The notes beneath the pieces were generated by a model. It was not told the origin of the DNA. It saw nothing but the letters and a program-made list of their open reading frames with translations, and made no database searches. Made by a program: the position numbers and the translations under genes. Positions 55,763 to 64,000 of a DNA stretch of 64,000 nt are shown in pieces; the first letter of the stretch is position 1; every line of letters starts with the position of its first letter. This DNA comes from an uncultured bacterium (GTDB lineage: Bacteria > Lernaellota > Lernaellaia > Lernaellales > Lernaellaceae), in assembly GCA_964511015.1 (NCBI GenBank), contig CAZEDX010000005.1, positions 21,171-85,170 of the forward strand, read 5' to 3'.

Positions 55763-56305
55763 TTATACGCCGTCCAGCCCCCCGCGCCCTTTTTCCTGGA
55801 ACCACGAATCAGGGCTCTCTAGATAGTATTTCATGTCGACCAGCAACTGGTGATGGCCTTTTTCTTCGTCAATCATAGCTTGAAGAAATTCCATTTCCAG
55901 TTGATCCGTTGTCCGCTTGAGCCGTTCTTCATAAAATGCCACCGCCTTGGCCTCAAAATCGATGCCGACATCCAGGGCGTCGAGATCCTTGGTTGTCGCG
56001 TGAATACTCGACCCGTGACGCTCGGCCATCTCGCGGAACAATTGGCCCAGGTCGCCGTGGCCCGGTTGATAGGCCTTCCACTCGCCGCCCCACCGGCCGG
56101 CGCTCAGCGCGTCGAAGATACGGTTGATGCGTTCCAGGTGAACCATTTCGTCATCCATCAACATCCGGAATATATCGCGGCCAAGCTGGTTCTCGGTTTT
56201 CTTGAACGCTTCTCCATAGAAGTCATGTCCCTTCTTTTCCATCGCTCGCGCCGTGTTGAGCATGTCCAACGCTTGTTCGTTCATCGCGACCATGTGGTCC
56301 TCCAT
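55763..56305 (-). CDS. Rubrerythrin-family / ferritin-like diiron protein.
   Basis: EKKGHDFY...DEMVHLERI...DFEAKAVAFY...EEKGHHQLL paired E/ExxH helices. Confidence 0.55.
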   Translation of the reverse strand: MEDHMVAMNEQALDMLNTARAMEKKGHDFYGEAFKKTENQLGRDIFRMLMDDEMVHLERINRIFDALSAGRWGGEWKAYQPGHGDLGQLFREMAERHGSSIHATTKDLDALDVGIDFEAKAVAFYEERLKRTTDQLEMEFLQAMIDEEKGHHQLLVDMKYYLESPDSWFQEKGRGGLDGV

Positions 56306-56334
56306 TCCGTCGCCGCTCGACGACGGGCGTTCAG

Positions 56335-56889
56335 TTACAATTCTTTCACAATTTCAGCGACATCCTTGCGCGTGCGCGGCTGCAATTGGATGGTGCGGGC
56401 ATAATCCGGCAGATGGCTGATGTCGTCAGACGGATAGCCGATGGCCAACGCCACCAAAGGTTGGTCGGCCGCCTCCAACCCGAAGAACTCACGAACCTTG
56501 ACCGGATCGAAACCCGACATCGGGCGGGCCACCAGATCGTGGTGGGTGGCGGCCAACATGATGTTCATCACCGACAGACCCAGGTCGAACTGATGGTAGG
56601 CGCGTCCGTCTTTGTTCACGCAATCGTTCTCTTGCCGGGTGTAGCCAAAAATCAGCAGCGGTGCGCGGGAGGCCCATTGGGCGTTGGACGCCCCCAGTGC
56701 GGCTGCCCCGGCTCGGCGAGCCTCATCGGTCAGCAAAAACAGGTAGCGCCAAGGCTGGTTGTTGAAACAGGACGGGGCCAACCTCGCGGCCTCAGCCAAC
56801 TCCGCCACGATCTCCTTGGGCAGCGGATCGGTGGCAATCGAACGTCGGGCATGTCGGCGATGGAGCAGATCCAAAACCGGGTTTGTCAT
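56335..56889 (-). CDS. Nitroreductase-family flavoprotein.
   Basis: ...RRSIATDPLPKEIVAELAEAARLAPSCFNNQPWRYLFL... Confidence 0.8.
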   Translation of the reverse strand: MTNPVLDLLHRRHARRSIATDPLPKEIVAELAEAARLAPSCFNNQPWRYLFLLTDEARRAGAAALGASNAQWASRAPLLIFGYTRQENDCVNKDGRAYHQFDLGLSVMNIMLAATHHDLVARPMSGFDPVKVREFFGLEAADQPLVALAIGYPSDDISHLPDYARTIQLQPRTRKDVAEIVKEL

Positions 56890-56923
56890 GTTTCTTCTCC
56901 TTGCAGGCGGACGCCTGCCCTTC

Positions 56924-57826
56924 TTACTCCAAGGTCAATCGGTACTTCATTTCCAGATGGTGCGGATGGTAGCTTAGTTTGGCCTTGCGTAGACCTTCCA
57001 CACCCAAGTCCTGCTCTCGATTGACAAACTCGAATCCAACCAGTGCTTGCCGGCAGAATTCCTGATTGAGCGCCTGGTAGATGCCCGGGTAGCTGCCGTC
57101 GGCCTTTTCGTAGTGAACCACGGCCACCCCAGGAGCCAATTGTTCTCCAATGGCAAATCCCAGCACCTTGTCGCCAAGAACCAGCGCTCCGCCCAACAGA
57201 TGTAATTCCGACCAGTGGTCGAGTGTTCGTTTCACCGACAGGTTCTCGTCGGCCAAGTGAGGGTTCTCATCGCACAACCGCACATCGCACCAAAAATCCT
57301 GCATGAAGGAGCACTCACGGGCAAGTGCGGCATCAATGGGTCGGTATTCCGCCGCGGCTGCTTTCCAAAATTTCTTGACCAGATTGCGTTTCCCGTCCAG
57401 ATGACGGCCGGTCAAGTCGGCCAGTTCCTGTCGGACATAGACATAGTCCGCATTGTCTCGGTCTTCCGACTCACGCCACGCCGGACCGACCGCCTGCAGT
57501 TGAGCGACGACATCCTCGGTCAAACGGCCGAAAACCGGCGTACCGCCGAGGGACTGCGCCCAAACGGCCGCTTGTTTCAGCCCTTCATCGTCAAGTGGAC
57601 CGAGCGGCGGAAGCAGAATACCTTGCTGAGTGGGACCACGCCAGAGTACAACGGTGTCGCGCCAAGCCGCCAAACGGACCGGATGGGTTTGACCCCAGGC
57701 CCACAGATTGGTGAACGTCATCTCCGACGCCCGTGGCGGACGACGCACAAGCAACTCATCCAACAGCGATTTGTGCGCCAAGTCTAAAGCTACCGACCCA
57801 GGCAGCTGTGGAAGAGTCTCGTTCAT
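56924..57826 (-). CDS. DUF2156-domain protein (MprF C-terminal-like aminoacyl-lipid synthase/GNAT fold).
   Basis: Family-level similarity (...FEFVNREQDLGVEGLRKAKLSYHP...). Tentative. Confidence 0.5.
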   Translation of the reverse strand: MNETLPQLPGSVALDLAHKSLLDELLVRRPPRASEMTFTNLWAWGQTHPVRLAAWRDTVVLWRGPTQQGILLPPLGPLDDEGLKQAAVWAQSLGGTPVFGRLTEDVVAQLQAVGPAWRESEDRDNADYVYVRQELADLTGRHLDGKRNLVKKFWKAAAAEYRPIDAALARECSFMQDFWCDVRLCDENPHLADENLSVKRTLDHWSELHLLGGALVLGDKVLGFAIGEQLAPGVAVVHYEKADGSYPGIYQALNQEFCRQALVGFEFVNREQDLGVEGLRKAKLSYHPHHLEMKYRLTLE

Positions 57827-57879
57827 CGTCCCTCCGGGGATGGCAGAAATGTAAGTCGTCGGAACCCGAAGGCAATTCT

Positions 57880-59367
57880 CTAGTACTGTATTTTTTTCGT
57901 CCAGGAGTTTTCAAACACCCGATTGCGCTGGCTGAACATCGACCATGCGGTGCGCACCGAGCGGGTCAGTTCGCGCCAGCTCTTCAACCGAGCCAGGGCT
58001 TTTAGGATATAGCGTGGTCGAAAATAGAACGCCAGGTAGGCGCGGCGCGTCCAAGCTTGGATTTCCTCTTCCGTCAGCGACGTACGTGGTCGTGGCAGAT
58101 AAATGTCTTTGCTTTCGTCCAGTATATATTCGCGCCAGTAATCGCGGCCGGTGTCCTCGACCAGCATGCGGTATAATTCGGTGGCCGGCATCGGCGTGAC
58201 CTTGGAAAACTGCGCATAATCCAACTTCAGATCGATTGCGAACTGGGTTGTACGCCGGATAGTCTCGGGCGTTTCGCCGGGCGATCCGACCATGAAGTAC
58301 CCGAACGTGTCGATCTTGTGCTTGCGGGTCAGCGCCATGACTTCTTGAATGAGCTGGATGTTGGTTTCTTTGCGTAACGTCTTGAGAATGTCGGGATCGC
58401 CGGATTCGATACCGTAGTAGATGCGTTTGCATCCGGCCTTGGCGAGCGCGGCGAGCATCTGATCGTTGACCAGATCGACTCGACTGCGAATAGCCCAATA
58501 CACGCGCACGTTGCGCCTCACGATCTCATCGCAGATATCAATCACGCGTTGTTTCTGAACGGTGAAGGAGCTATCGAAGAAATCGAATTCCCGCACTTTG
58601 AATACGTGGTAGCACTCTTCAATTTCGTTACCGACATTGACCGGACTCCGCGGCCGGAATTTCATGCCGCCTTGTTCACAGAAAATGCAACGAAAAGGAC
58701 AACCGCGGCTGGTGATCATGGGAGTGAAGTTCTGGAATTGGCTGATAAAGCTGAAATAGCGATCATTGGGCAGGTGGTGTCGGGCGGGGAACGGCGCGGA
58801 GTCGATATCCTCCAGCACCGGCGCACATTCGTTGACCACCACCCGGTCGCCGTCACGCCAGATCAAACCCGCGACCTTGCTCAAGTCGCCACCGTTGTTG
58901 ATCGCCGCAAAGAACGCCGGCAGAACGACTTCCGCCTCACCTGTGCAACCGAAGTCGATGCTGTGATGGCTGAATGTCTCGTTCGGATAGATGCCCATAT
59001 GAACGCCGCCTAGAATCGTCGGCACGGCGATCGCTTCGCGCAACGCACGCACCCAGGCGAGCGTCTGGTAGAACAAATAGGTGGTTACGGTGAAAGCCAG
59101 CATCTGCGGGCGAAAGGCCTTCACCCGACGAATCGTCTCTTCCAGACTGAGGTTCAGCGCATGGGCATCGACGAACTGGACCTCGAGGCCTTCCTTCTCC
59201 GCTACTGCCGCCACATAGGCCAGCGATAACGACGGAAAAACGCCGTAGTTTTCTTTAACCGCCCGGATGCCGGGTTCGTTCTTCACCACCCCGTACGGCG
59301 GATAAACAAAACTGATGCGCTCGATGGGTCGGCGCAGCAGTTCCGAGGTCGAACTGCCCGCGTTCAT
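57880..59367 (-). CDS. B12-binding-domain radical SAM enzyme (class B rSAM).
   Basis: N-terminal B12-like domain. TSRGCPFRCIFCEQ CxxxCxxC. 495 aa. 4-nt overlap with the upstream membrane-protein gene. Confidence 0.8.
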   Translation of the reverse strand: MNAGSSTSELLRRPIERISFVYPPYGVVKNEPGIRAVKENYGVFPSLSLAYVAAVAEKEGLEVQFVDAHALNLSLEETIRRVKAFRPQMLAFTVTTYLFYQTLAWVRALREAIAVPTILGGVHMGIYPNETFSHHSIDFGCTGEAEVVLPAFFAAINNGGDLSKVAGLIWRDGDRVVVNECAPVLEDIDSAPFPARHHLPNDRYFSFISQFQNFTPMITSRGCPFRCIFCEQGGMKFRPRSPVNVGNEIEECYHVFKVREFDFFDSSFTVQKQRVIDICDEIVRRNVRVYWAIRSRVDLVNDQMLAALAKAGCKRIYYGIESGDPDILKTLRKETNIQLIQEVMALTRKHKIDTFGYFMVGSPGETPETIRRTTQFAIDLKLDYAQFSKVTPMPATELYRMLVEDTGRDYWREYILDESKDIYLPRPRTSLTEEEIQAWTRRAYLAFYFRPRYILKALARLKSWRELTRSVRTAWSMFSQRNRVFENSWTKKIQY

Positions 59368-61373
59368 TGTCTAGCCTCGAACAATGCGCCCTCCGCAATA
59401 AAACCCGATAAAATATGGCGTCGTCGGCTGTGTTCGACGGCCATGATCGTGTTTGCCACCGGTCGCCAAGACAATAGCATGGTTTCCGCGTTTTGTCTGA
59501 TTTGCCTGCCGTAGCCAAACCAGAACTCACTCGGCAGCGAAGTGTCTTCCAACATATAGATCGACAAGGTCGCGCCGGCGAACTGCCCGACACCCTCGGA
59601 CAAAGCCCGATAGTCGGCGGGCCGTTGTTCACGCCATGCCGCATATCCGGCCAGGATTTCGGCGGGAGTCACATCGATGGCGCGCGACAAGCCGATGCCG
59701 ACGCCAACCAGGTAGTCCTGGCGATGCGCATTCTCCGCCAAGTTCACTTTTTGCATGGCCCAATCGGTCTTTTCCGGCCACGCTTCGCTCTGTCCCTCCG
59801 CCAACAGCGCGCCGGTGAAACGACCGTAACCCCGCACCAAATCGCCGACGTGGCGATCGCTGCCCTGAGGGACGATTTGCAGACCGATGCTTAGTCCGCC
59901 GTCGCCGATCTTGCCCATCAGTTCGAAAAACATGTGTTGGTAGCGCACGGGTAGCTGTTCGTACAAAGCGATCTTCTGATTGCGGCTCCAGTTGCTACGC
60001 GACAGATCGATGGCCAGACGTTCCACCACGGTCAGGTAGTAGTCGCCGCGGACTTCCAGCACATCGATGGAAAACGGCCCCCGACCTATTGCGCGGTAGT
60101 ATGGCGTCGATAGAACAAGCATGAACAACGTAGCGGCAGTTGCCAACATTAGCCGGGCGGACACACGATTGCCCAAGGCATTCCATGCCGCCTGCAACGC
60201 CATGCCCACCAGGGCAAAGGCCACTGGGAAAAGCGGCGCGAGGTAGCGGAAATGCCCGTAGTACGCGGGACTTGGCTGGGCGGGAGTCAACACGCGAAAA
60301 CCGGAGAGCAGAAAAACAACAATAAAAACAAATGCATATAGAATAGGCATCATCTGGAGCAAGCTGCGGAGACCGTCACGGCTCAGACCGCCTCGACCGA
60401 CGCCGCGGAACATCGGCACCCAGCCTTTGCGCCCGAGTACCAGCCAGGCAACAAGCGCAGCATTGACCAGTAAAAAGAATAACCACCGGGCGGTTCCGGT
60501 CGGGTAGAGAGAACTGGTAGGCAAGTCAACCAACAGCAATCGCACCAGCTTGCCGGGAATGTTCAACAGGCTCTGTTCCGTGAACAGCCGATTGACAGTG
60601 ACCAGCGCTCCTTCCGCGTAGCCGGTGTAGGTGTCGATCAAACCCATCGCCGACAAACCGAAATAGGAAGCCGACCACAACAGCGGCGCCAAGCCGGCCA
60701 ACAAACCAACAATCGCCAGCGGCACATGTCGCCGCCAGATATTGCGGCCACCGATCAATCCCATGGTCAACAACAGCAGTACCACGGCAGGAAGGCCGGA
60801 ATAGCTGAAATACACCCCTAGCCCGGCCACGAGGCCAGCAAAAAACGAGACGGCGATGTGGGGTGGATTCCCGGCGCCACGTCCATGCCAACCGTAGGCC
60901 ATCAGAAGAAACAACAGCCCGACAAACAAAGATTGCTCGGCGTGGTTGGCCCAAGCCATATGCGTCAGATGAAGCCACGTCGGCGGCGAGAAAACGTACA
61001 GCAGCCCAAAGGTGATAGCGGCAACGGGGCCGGATACGCGCCACAACGCCAACAGCCAGCACAACAAGGCCAACGATTGCAGCACCAACGGGGCACATTT
61101 CAGCGACAGCAGGTTCGGCCCTAACCACGCCCGAAATGGATACGAAAGCACGCCTTCGAGCATGGTGCCGGCGGCGAAGGGTTTGAACTGGTACGCCGGC
61201 ATCGGCAGCAACAATCCGTGTCCCAGATCGGCGGCCACGTTTCCTGTCGGCAATTCGTCGTCAACGACGCTCCAGCCGGAAGGTTGCGGATAGAACAAGA
61301 CGTGAAGGCGGACCAACAGAAACGCCAGCAGGAATAGCGGCGGAAGCAAGCGTGAGAACGACAACAGTCTCAC
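59364..61373 (-). CDS. Polytopic membrane protein of 669 aa, possibly a GT-C-fold (PMT/ArnT-like) glycosyltransferase with a C-terminal soluble domain.
   Basis: At least 11 predicted TM helices. Acidic motif VVDDELPTG in the first extracytoplasmic loop, reminiscent of the GT-C DE/DD motif. The GT assignment is inference. Confidence 0.45.
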   Translation of the reverse strand: MRLLSFSRLLPPLFLLAFLLVRLHVLFYPQPSGWSVVDDELPTGNVAADLGHGLLLPMPAYQFKPFAAGTMLEGVLSYPFRAWLGPNLLSLKCAPLVLQSLALLCWLLALWRVSGPVAAITFGLLYVFSPPTWLHLTHMAWANHAEQSLFVGLLFLLMAYGWHGRGAGNPPHIAVSFFAGLVAGLGVYFSYSGLPAVVLLLLTMGLIGGRNIWRRHVPLAIVGLLAGLAPLLWSASYFGLSAMGLIDTYTGYAEGALVTVNRLFTEQSLLNIPGKLVRLLLVDLPTSSLYPTGTARWLFFLLVNAALVAWLVLGRKGWVPMFRGVGRGGLSRDGLRSLLQMMPILYAFVFIVVFLLSGFRVLTPAQPSPAYYGHFRYLAPLFPVAFALVGMALQAAWNALGNRVSARLMLATAATLFMLVLSTPYYRAIGRGPFSIDVLEVRGDYYLTVVERLAIDLSRSNWSRNQKIALYEQLPVRYQHMFFELMGKIGDGGLSIGLQIVPQGSDRHVGDLVRGYGRFTGALLAEGQSEAWPEKTDWAMQKVNLAENAHRQDYLVGVGIGLSRAIDVTPAEILAGYAAWREQRPADYRALSEGVGQFAGATLSIYMLEDTSLPSEFWFGYGRQIRQNAETMLLSWRPVANTIMAVEHSRRRHILSGFIAEGALFEARQ

Positions 61374-61376
61374 TGT

Positions 61377-61934
61377 TTACAGCAATTCCTCAATCGTGGC
61401 CGTGAAGGCATCGACGTCGTACGCGTGCGAACTTAGACGAATGTTCAGATCGCGGTCGAGAATCATGCTGAACGGCAGCAATTCTTCCAGGAAGTACTCG
61501 TGCAACGAGTTGTCCGGATCTGGGCACACGGTGTAGTCCAAACTGAACTCGTCTTTCCACTGCTGGGCGTATTCCTGATCGGCCGGCTGGCCCTCGGGGT
61601 CCTGATAGATCAATTGGATCAGCACAAAGCCTTCTTCGCGGAATCGCTCCCAGATATCGTTCTGCAAACTTGGCGTTTCTTCTTTGCACGCCACGCACCA
61701 GCCAGCGCCAACATTGAGCAGCACAACGTTGCCGGCCAATTCGTAGAGGTCGATGGTATTTCCGTCGGTGTCGGTCCAGGTCAGATCCTTGATCTTGGTG
61801 AAGTCGTCATCGCCGCCAACACCGGTATCGTCGTCATCGCCTTCATCGGTGTCTTCACCGTCATAACGACCATGCGCGGTGCCACACGCCACGCAGACAC
61901 AAACCACCAACAGCAGAAAAAACAGGCGTCGCAT
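61377..61934 (-). CDS. TlpA/ResA-like thiol-disulfide oxidoreductase lipoprotein with an Asp-rich tether.
   Basis: MRRLFFLLLVVCVCVACG lipobox (GGAGG RBS). Tether DGEDTDEGDDDDTGVGGDDD. Thioredoxin CxxC NVGAGWCVACKEE. Confidence 0.75.
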   Translation of the reverse strand: MRRLFFLLLVVCVCVACGTAHGRYDGEDTDEGDDDDTGVGGDDDFTKIKDLTWTDTDGNTIDLYELAGNVVLLNVGAGWCVACKEETPSLQNDIWERFREEGFVLIQLIYQDPEGQPADQEYAQQWKDEFSLDYTVCPDPDNSLHEYFLEELLPFSMILDRDLNIRLSSHAYDVDAFTATIEELL

Positions 61935-61995
61935 CGAGCCTCCTTTGGGGGCCATTGTACAACGATTCGATGGTTTCGCCAGCCTTCGGCGCGAA

Positions 61996-62685
61996 CTAGA
62001 TCGGCAGTCGAACCGGGGTGAAATCGACAGCATCCGCCGCACAGAACACATAATTTATACCGTATCGCTTCCCTTGGAACGCATACTGGTGATCGTCGCC
62101 ATGCAGATGTCCATACACGCACAACTCGACCTGATGGGCCTCGAGCAGATCCGCGAAATCACGGGGACCGCGGTCACGGTAGCAAGGTGGGAAGTGTATC
62201 ATGACAACCCGGCGGGTTCCCGGCGGTGTCGAACGCAAGCTGAGTTCCAATCGCTGTCGTTCGCGCGTCAACAACCGGTCGTCCTCTTCCGCAAGCGACA
62301 GATCTGGCCGCGGGATACTCCATCCCCGCGTGCCACAGACTGCGATTTCATCGATTACCACGTGGTCGTTTTGCAGAGCGATCATGCCTGTTGGCAACAT
62401 AGCTCGCACCTTGGCCAAACTCTGCCACCAGTAGTCATGATTGCCACGAATCAACACCTTACGGCCAGGCAACTCCGCCAACAAGTTCAGATCTAGCGTC
62501 ACCTCATTCAGTTTCATAGCCCATGAAATGTCGCCGGGGACCAGAACGACATCTGCCGGTTTGACCACATTCCGCCAATTGCTGACTAAGCGTTCTTGAT
62601 GGTCACGCCAACGCTCGCCAAAAACATCCATCGGTTTGTTGACGGCCAAACCCAGGTGAAGATCGGCAAGCGCAAAAAATGCCAT
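61996..62685 (-). CDS. Calcineurin-like metallophosphoesterase.
   Basis: ADLHLG...PGDISW...GNHDYWW motifs. Confidence 0.8.
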   Translation of the reverse strand: MAFFALADLHLGLAVNKPMDVFGERWRDHQERLVSNWRNVVKPADVVLVPGDISWAMKLNEVTLDLNLLAELPGRKVLIRGNHDYWWQSLAKVRAMLPTGMIALQNDHVVIDEIAVCGTRGWSIPRPDLSLAEEDDRLLTRERQRLELSLRSTPPGTRRVVMIHFPPCYRDRGPRDFADLLEAHQVELCVYGHLHGDDHQYAFQGKRYGINYVFCAADAVDFTPVRLPI

Positions 62686-62756
62686 CTGGCAAACCTATGC
62701 ACCAAAAAGGGCCGTCGTCGGCGACAGCCCCTTGTCATTTTGAAAACGGAGGTCGA

Positions 62757-63191
62757 TCAGTTCTGGTCACCTGAGGTCGGCAATCGGTATTCCGGGCCTT
62801 GGTCGGGAGCCATCTGCACGGCCTTTTTCTTGCGCTTCAGGCCCTCCTCCAACAAGATTTTGCAGGCATCGCTCATCTTTTTTGCCTGAGTTTCCATCTG
62901 TTCCGCCTGTTCGATCAGGCGAGATCCTTCGTTGATCATTTCCTGGTCCTGCCAGATTTCGCCGCGGGTCTTAATCTGAATGCCCTTTTCTTTCAGCTTC
63001 TTCGCGGTAGCAATCATGTTTTCGCATTGAGCCATCATCTGCTGGGCAGAGTTGACCATGTCATCGCCGCAATTGCCCAGCAGCGAGCATGCCTGATCAC
63101 GGGTCATCTGTCCCTGTTCCTCGGCCAGCACCATCGTCGCCATCAACGCCACGGCGAAAAGTGCCAACGTCATGATCCTTAGTGCCTTCAT
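62757..63191 (-). CDS. Secreted helical hypothetical protein.
   Basis: Signal MKALRIMTLALFAVALMATMVLA. Coiled-coil-like Q/E/K-rich sequence with four Cys. Confidence 0.4.
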   Translation of the reverse strand: MKALRIMTLALFAVALMATMVLAEEQGQMTRDQACSLLGNCGDDMVNSAQQMMAQCENMIATAKKLKEKGIQIKTRGEIWQDQEMINEGSRLIEQAEQMETQAKKMSDACKILLEEGLKRKKKAVQMAPDQGPEYRLPTSGDQN

Positions 63192-63245
63192 CTATCGCTC
63201 CTTCTCCTTGGTGGGGTTCGGGTTCATCCGCTTGTTACCGTCAGC

Positions 63246-63995
63246 TTACAGCTTTTTTAGTTCGGCAAGCAACACGCGAGTGTCCGGCCGACTATTGATG
63301 TCATGCACATCAATGTAACGTATTACTCCTTGCCGGTCGATAACAAACAACGCGCGCTCCGAAACCCCGTTGCGCCGCAGAACGCCGTAACGGCTCGAAA
63401 CACGTCCGTGTGGGAAGAAATCGGAAGCGACGAGGAACCAGTCCATTCCCGGCCGTTGACCCATCGATATGATCCAGGAGTGCAATGCCGGCAAATTATC
63501 GGTTGAAATACCGATTAGTACGGTGTTCAATTCGACAAAGTCTTCCTTGTGTTCCGCGTACTCCGGCCACTGCGCGCTGCAATTCGGCGTCCAGGCTGCG
63601 GGGACAAATGACAACACAACGTTTTTCTTGCCCAGATAGCTCGACAACTTCACCTTCGATCCTGCCGCTCCAAGGACTGGAAGTTCGAAGTCCGGTGCTT
63701 TCTGCCCAACCTTCACCCGCAAGCGAGAATCGCGCGGTGCCATCAACGGCGCGGGGTAGACCAGTTCCGGCGGGACAACGCCCGATGCCCGGCGGTCTGT
63801 TTGTTGGTCTTCGGGCGGTTTGGCTACGTCCGGAACCGGACTGGCAACACCGACTTTTTTCAACTCCTCGTTGATGTAGTAGCGATAGTAGTCGGCCGAC
63901 CGAGGCCCCACGATTTTTACGTCGTTGACAAAGACCGTGGGGGTGTATTCCAGGGCCAAATCGTCGACGGCGAGCATAAAGTTGCTTTTGAGCAA
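63246..63995 (-). CDS. Peroxiredoxin (Bcp/AhpC-TSA family), probably N-terminally incomplete at the window edge.
   Basis: ...KVGQKAPDFELPVLG...NVVLSFVPAAWTPNCSAQ (peroxidatic Cys in the TPxC motif). The ORF reaches the end of the window. Confidence 0.7.
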   Translation of the reverse strand: MLKSNFMLAVDDLALEYTPTVFVNDVKIVGPRSADYYRYYINEELKKVGVASPVPDVAKPPEDQQTDRRASGVVPPELVYPAPLMAPRDSRLRVKVGQKAPDFELPVLGAAGSKVKLSSYLGKKNVVLSFVPAAWTPNCSAQWPEYAEHKEDFVELNTVLIGISTDNLPALHSWIISMGQRPGMDWFLVASDFFPHGRVSSRYGVLRRNGVSERALFVIDRQGVIRYIDVHDINSRPDTRVLLAELKKL

Positions 63996-64000
63996 TGGAC

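Noticed and set aside
1-64000. CRISPR arrays, rRNA or tRNA genes, IS elements or transposases.
   Set aside because: No spaced direct repeats, no rRNA-like conserved blocks, no tRNA cloverleaf candidates in intergenic regions, and no transposase or integrase motifs were seen. The only tandem repeats are the in-frame Asp-codon repeats inside genes.

Overview
This is a high-GC (~60%) bacterial chromosomal window that looks like a delta-proteobacterial / Desulfobacterota- or Myxococcota-like anaerobe; that attribution is inference from gene content. Left to right it contains five blocks.

(1) A probable defense islet at 1-5000. It holds a secreted SNase-like thermonuclease (partial), a PspF-like sigma-54 activator, an unknown 298-aa protein, a DEDDh 3'-5' exonuclease and a GmrSD-family (DUF262/DUF1524) type IV restriction enzyme. 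It abuts a 3'-truncated comM/yifB gene; comM is a known island-integration hotspot.

(2) A GH33 sialidase lipoprotein, a GspN-like protein and MgtC.

(3) An oxidative-stress cluster: cytochrome bd oxidase cydAB, ferritin, rubredoxin, two rubrerythrin-type proteins and a Fur/PerR regulator. A near-consensus Fur box sits directly upstream of the Fur/PerR gene.

(4) A c-di-GMP and flagellar region. It starts with a GAF-GGDEF cyclase, then a PilZ protein, then the operon fliK-flhB'...CheY-fliA-flhG-flhF-flhA-flhB-fliRQPO-fliNML. A perfect sigma-54 promoter (TGGCAC-N5-TTGC) lies upstream of fliL.

(5) Secreted hydrolases (GH84, GH2), an IPT/TIG surface protein, two B12-binding radical SAM enzymes, redox enzymes and many lipoproteins.

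The most striking pattern is lineage-specific. Five secreted proteins, one of them a 96-aa protein that is essentially only signal peptide plus tail, end in long tandem DDDx(x) poly-aspartate repeats terminating in ...G-C-G-C-COOH (GGCGC; one ends SGGCSG). Several lipoproteins carry similar D-rich tethers right after the lipobox Cys. This looks like an undescribed C-terminal sorting, anchoring or modification tag. No rRNA or tRNA genes and no CRISPR array were found.
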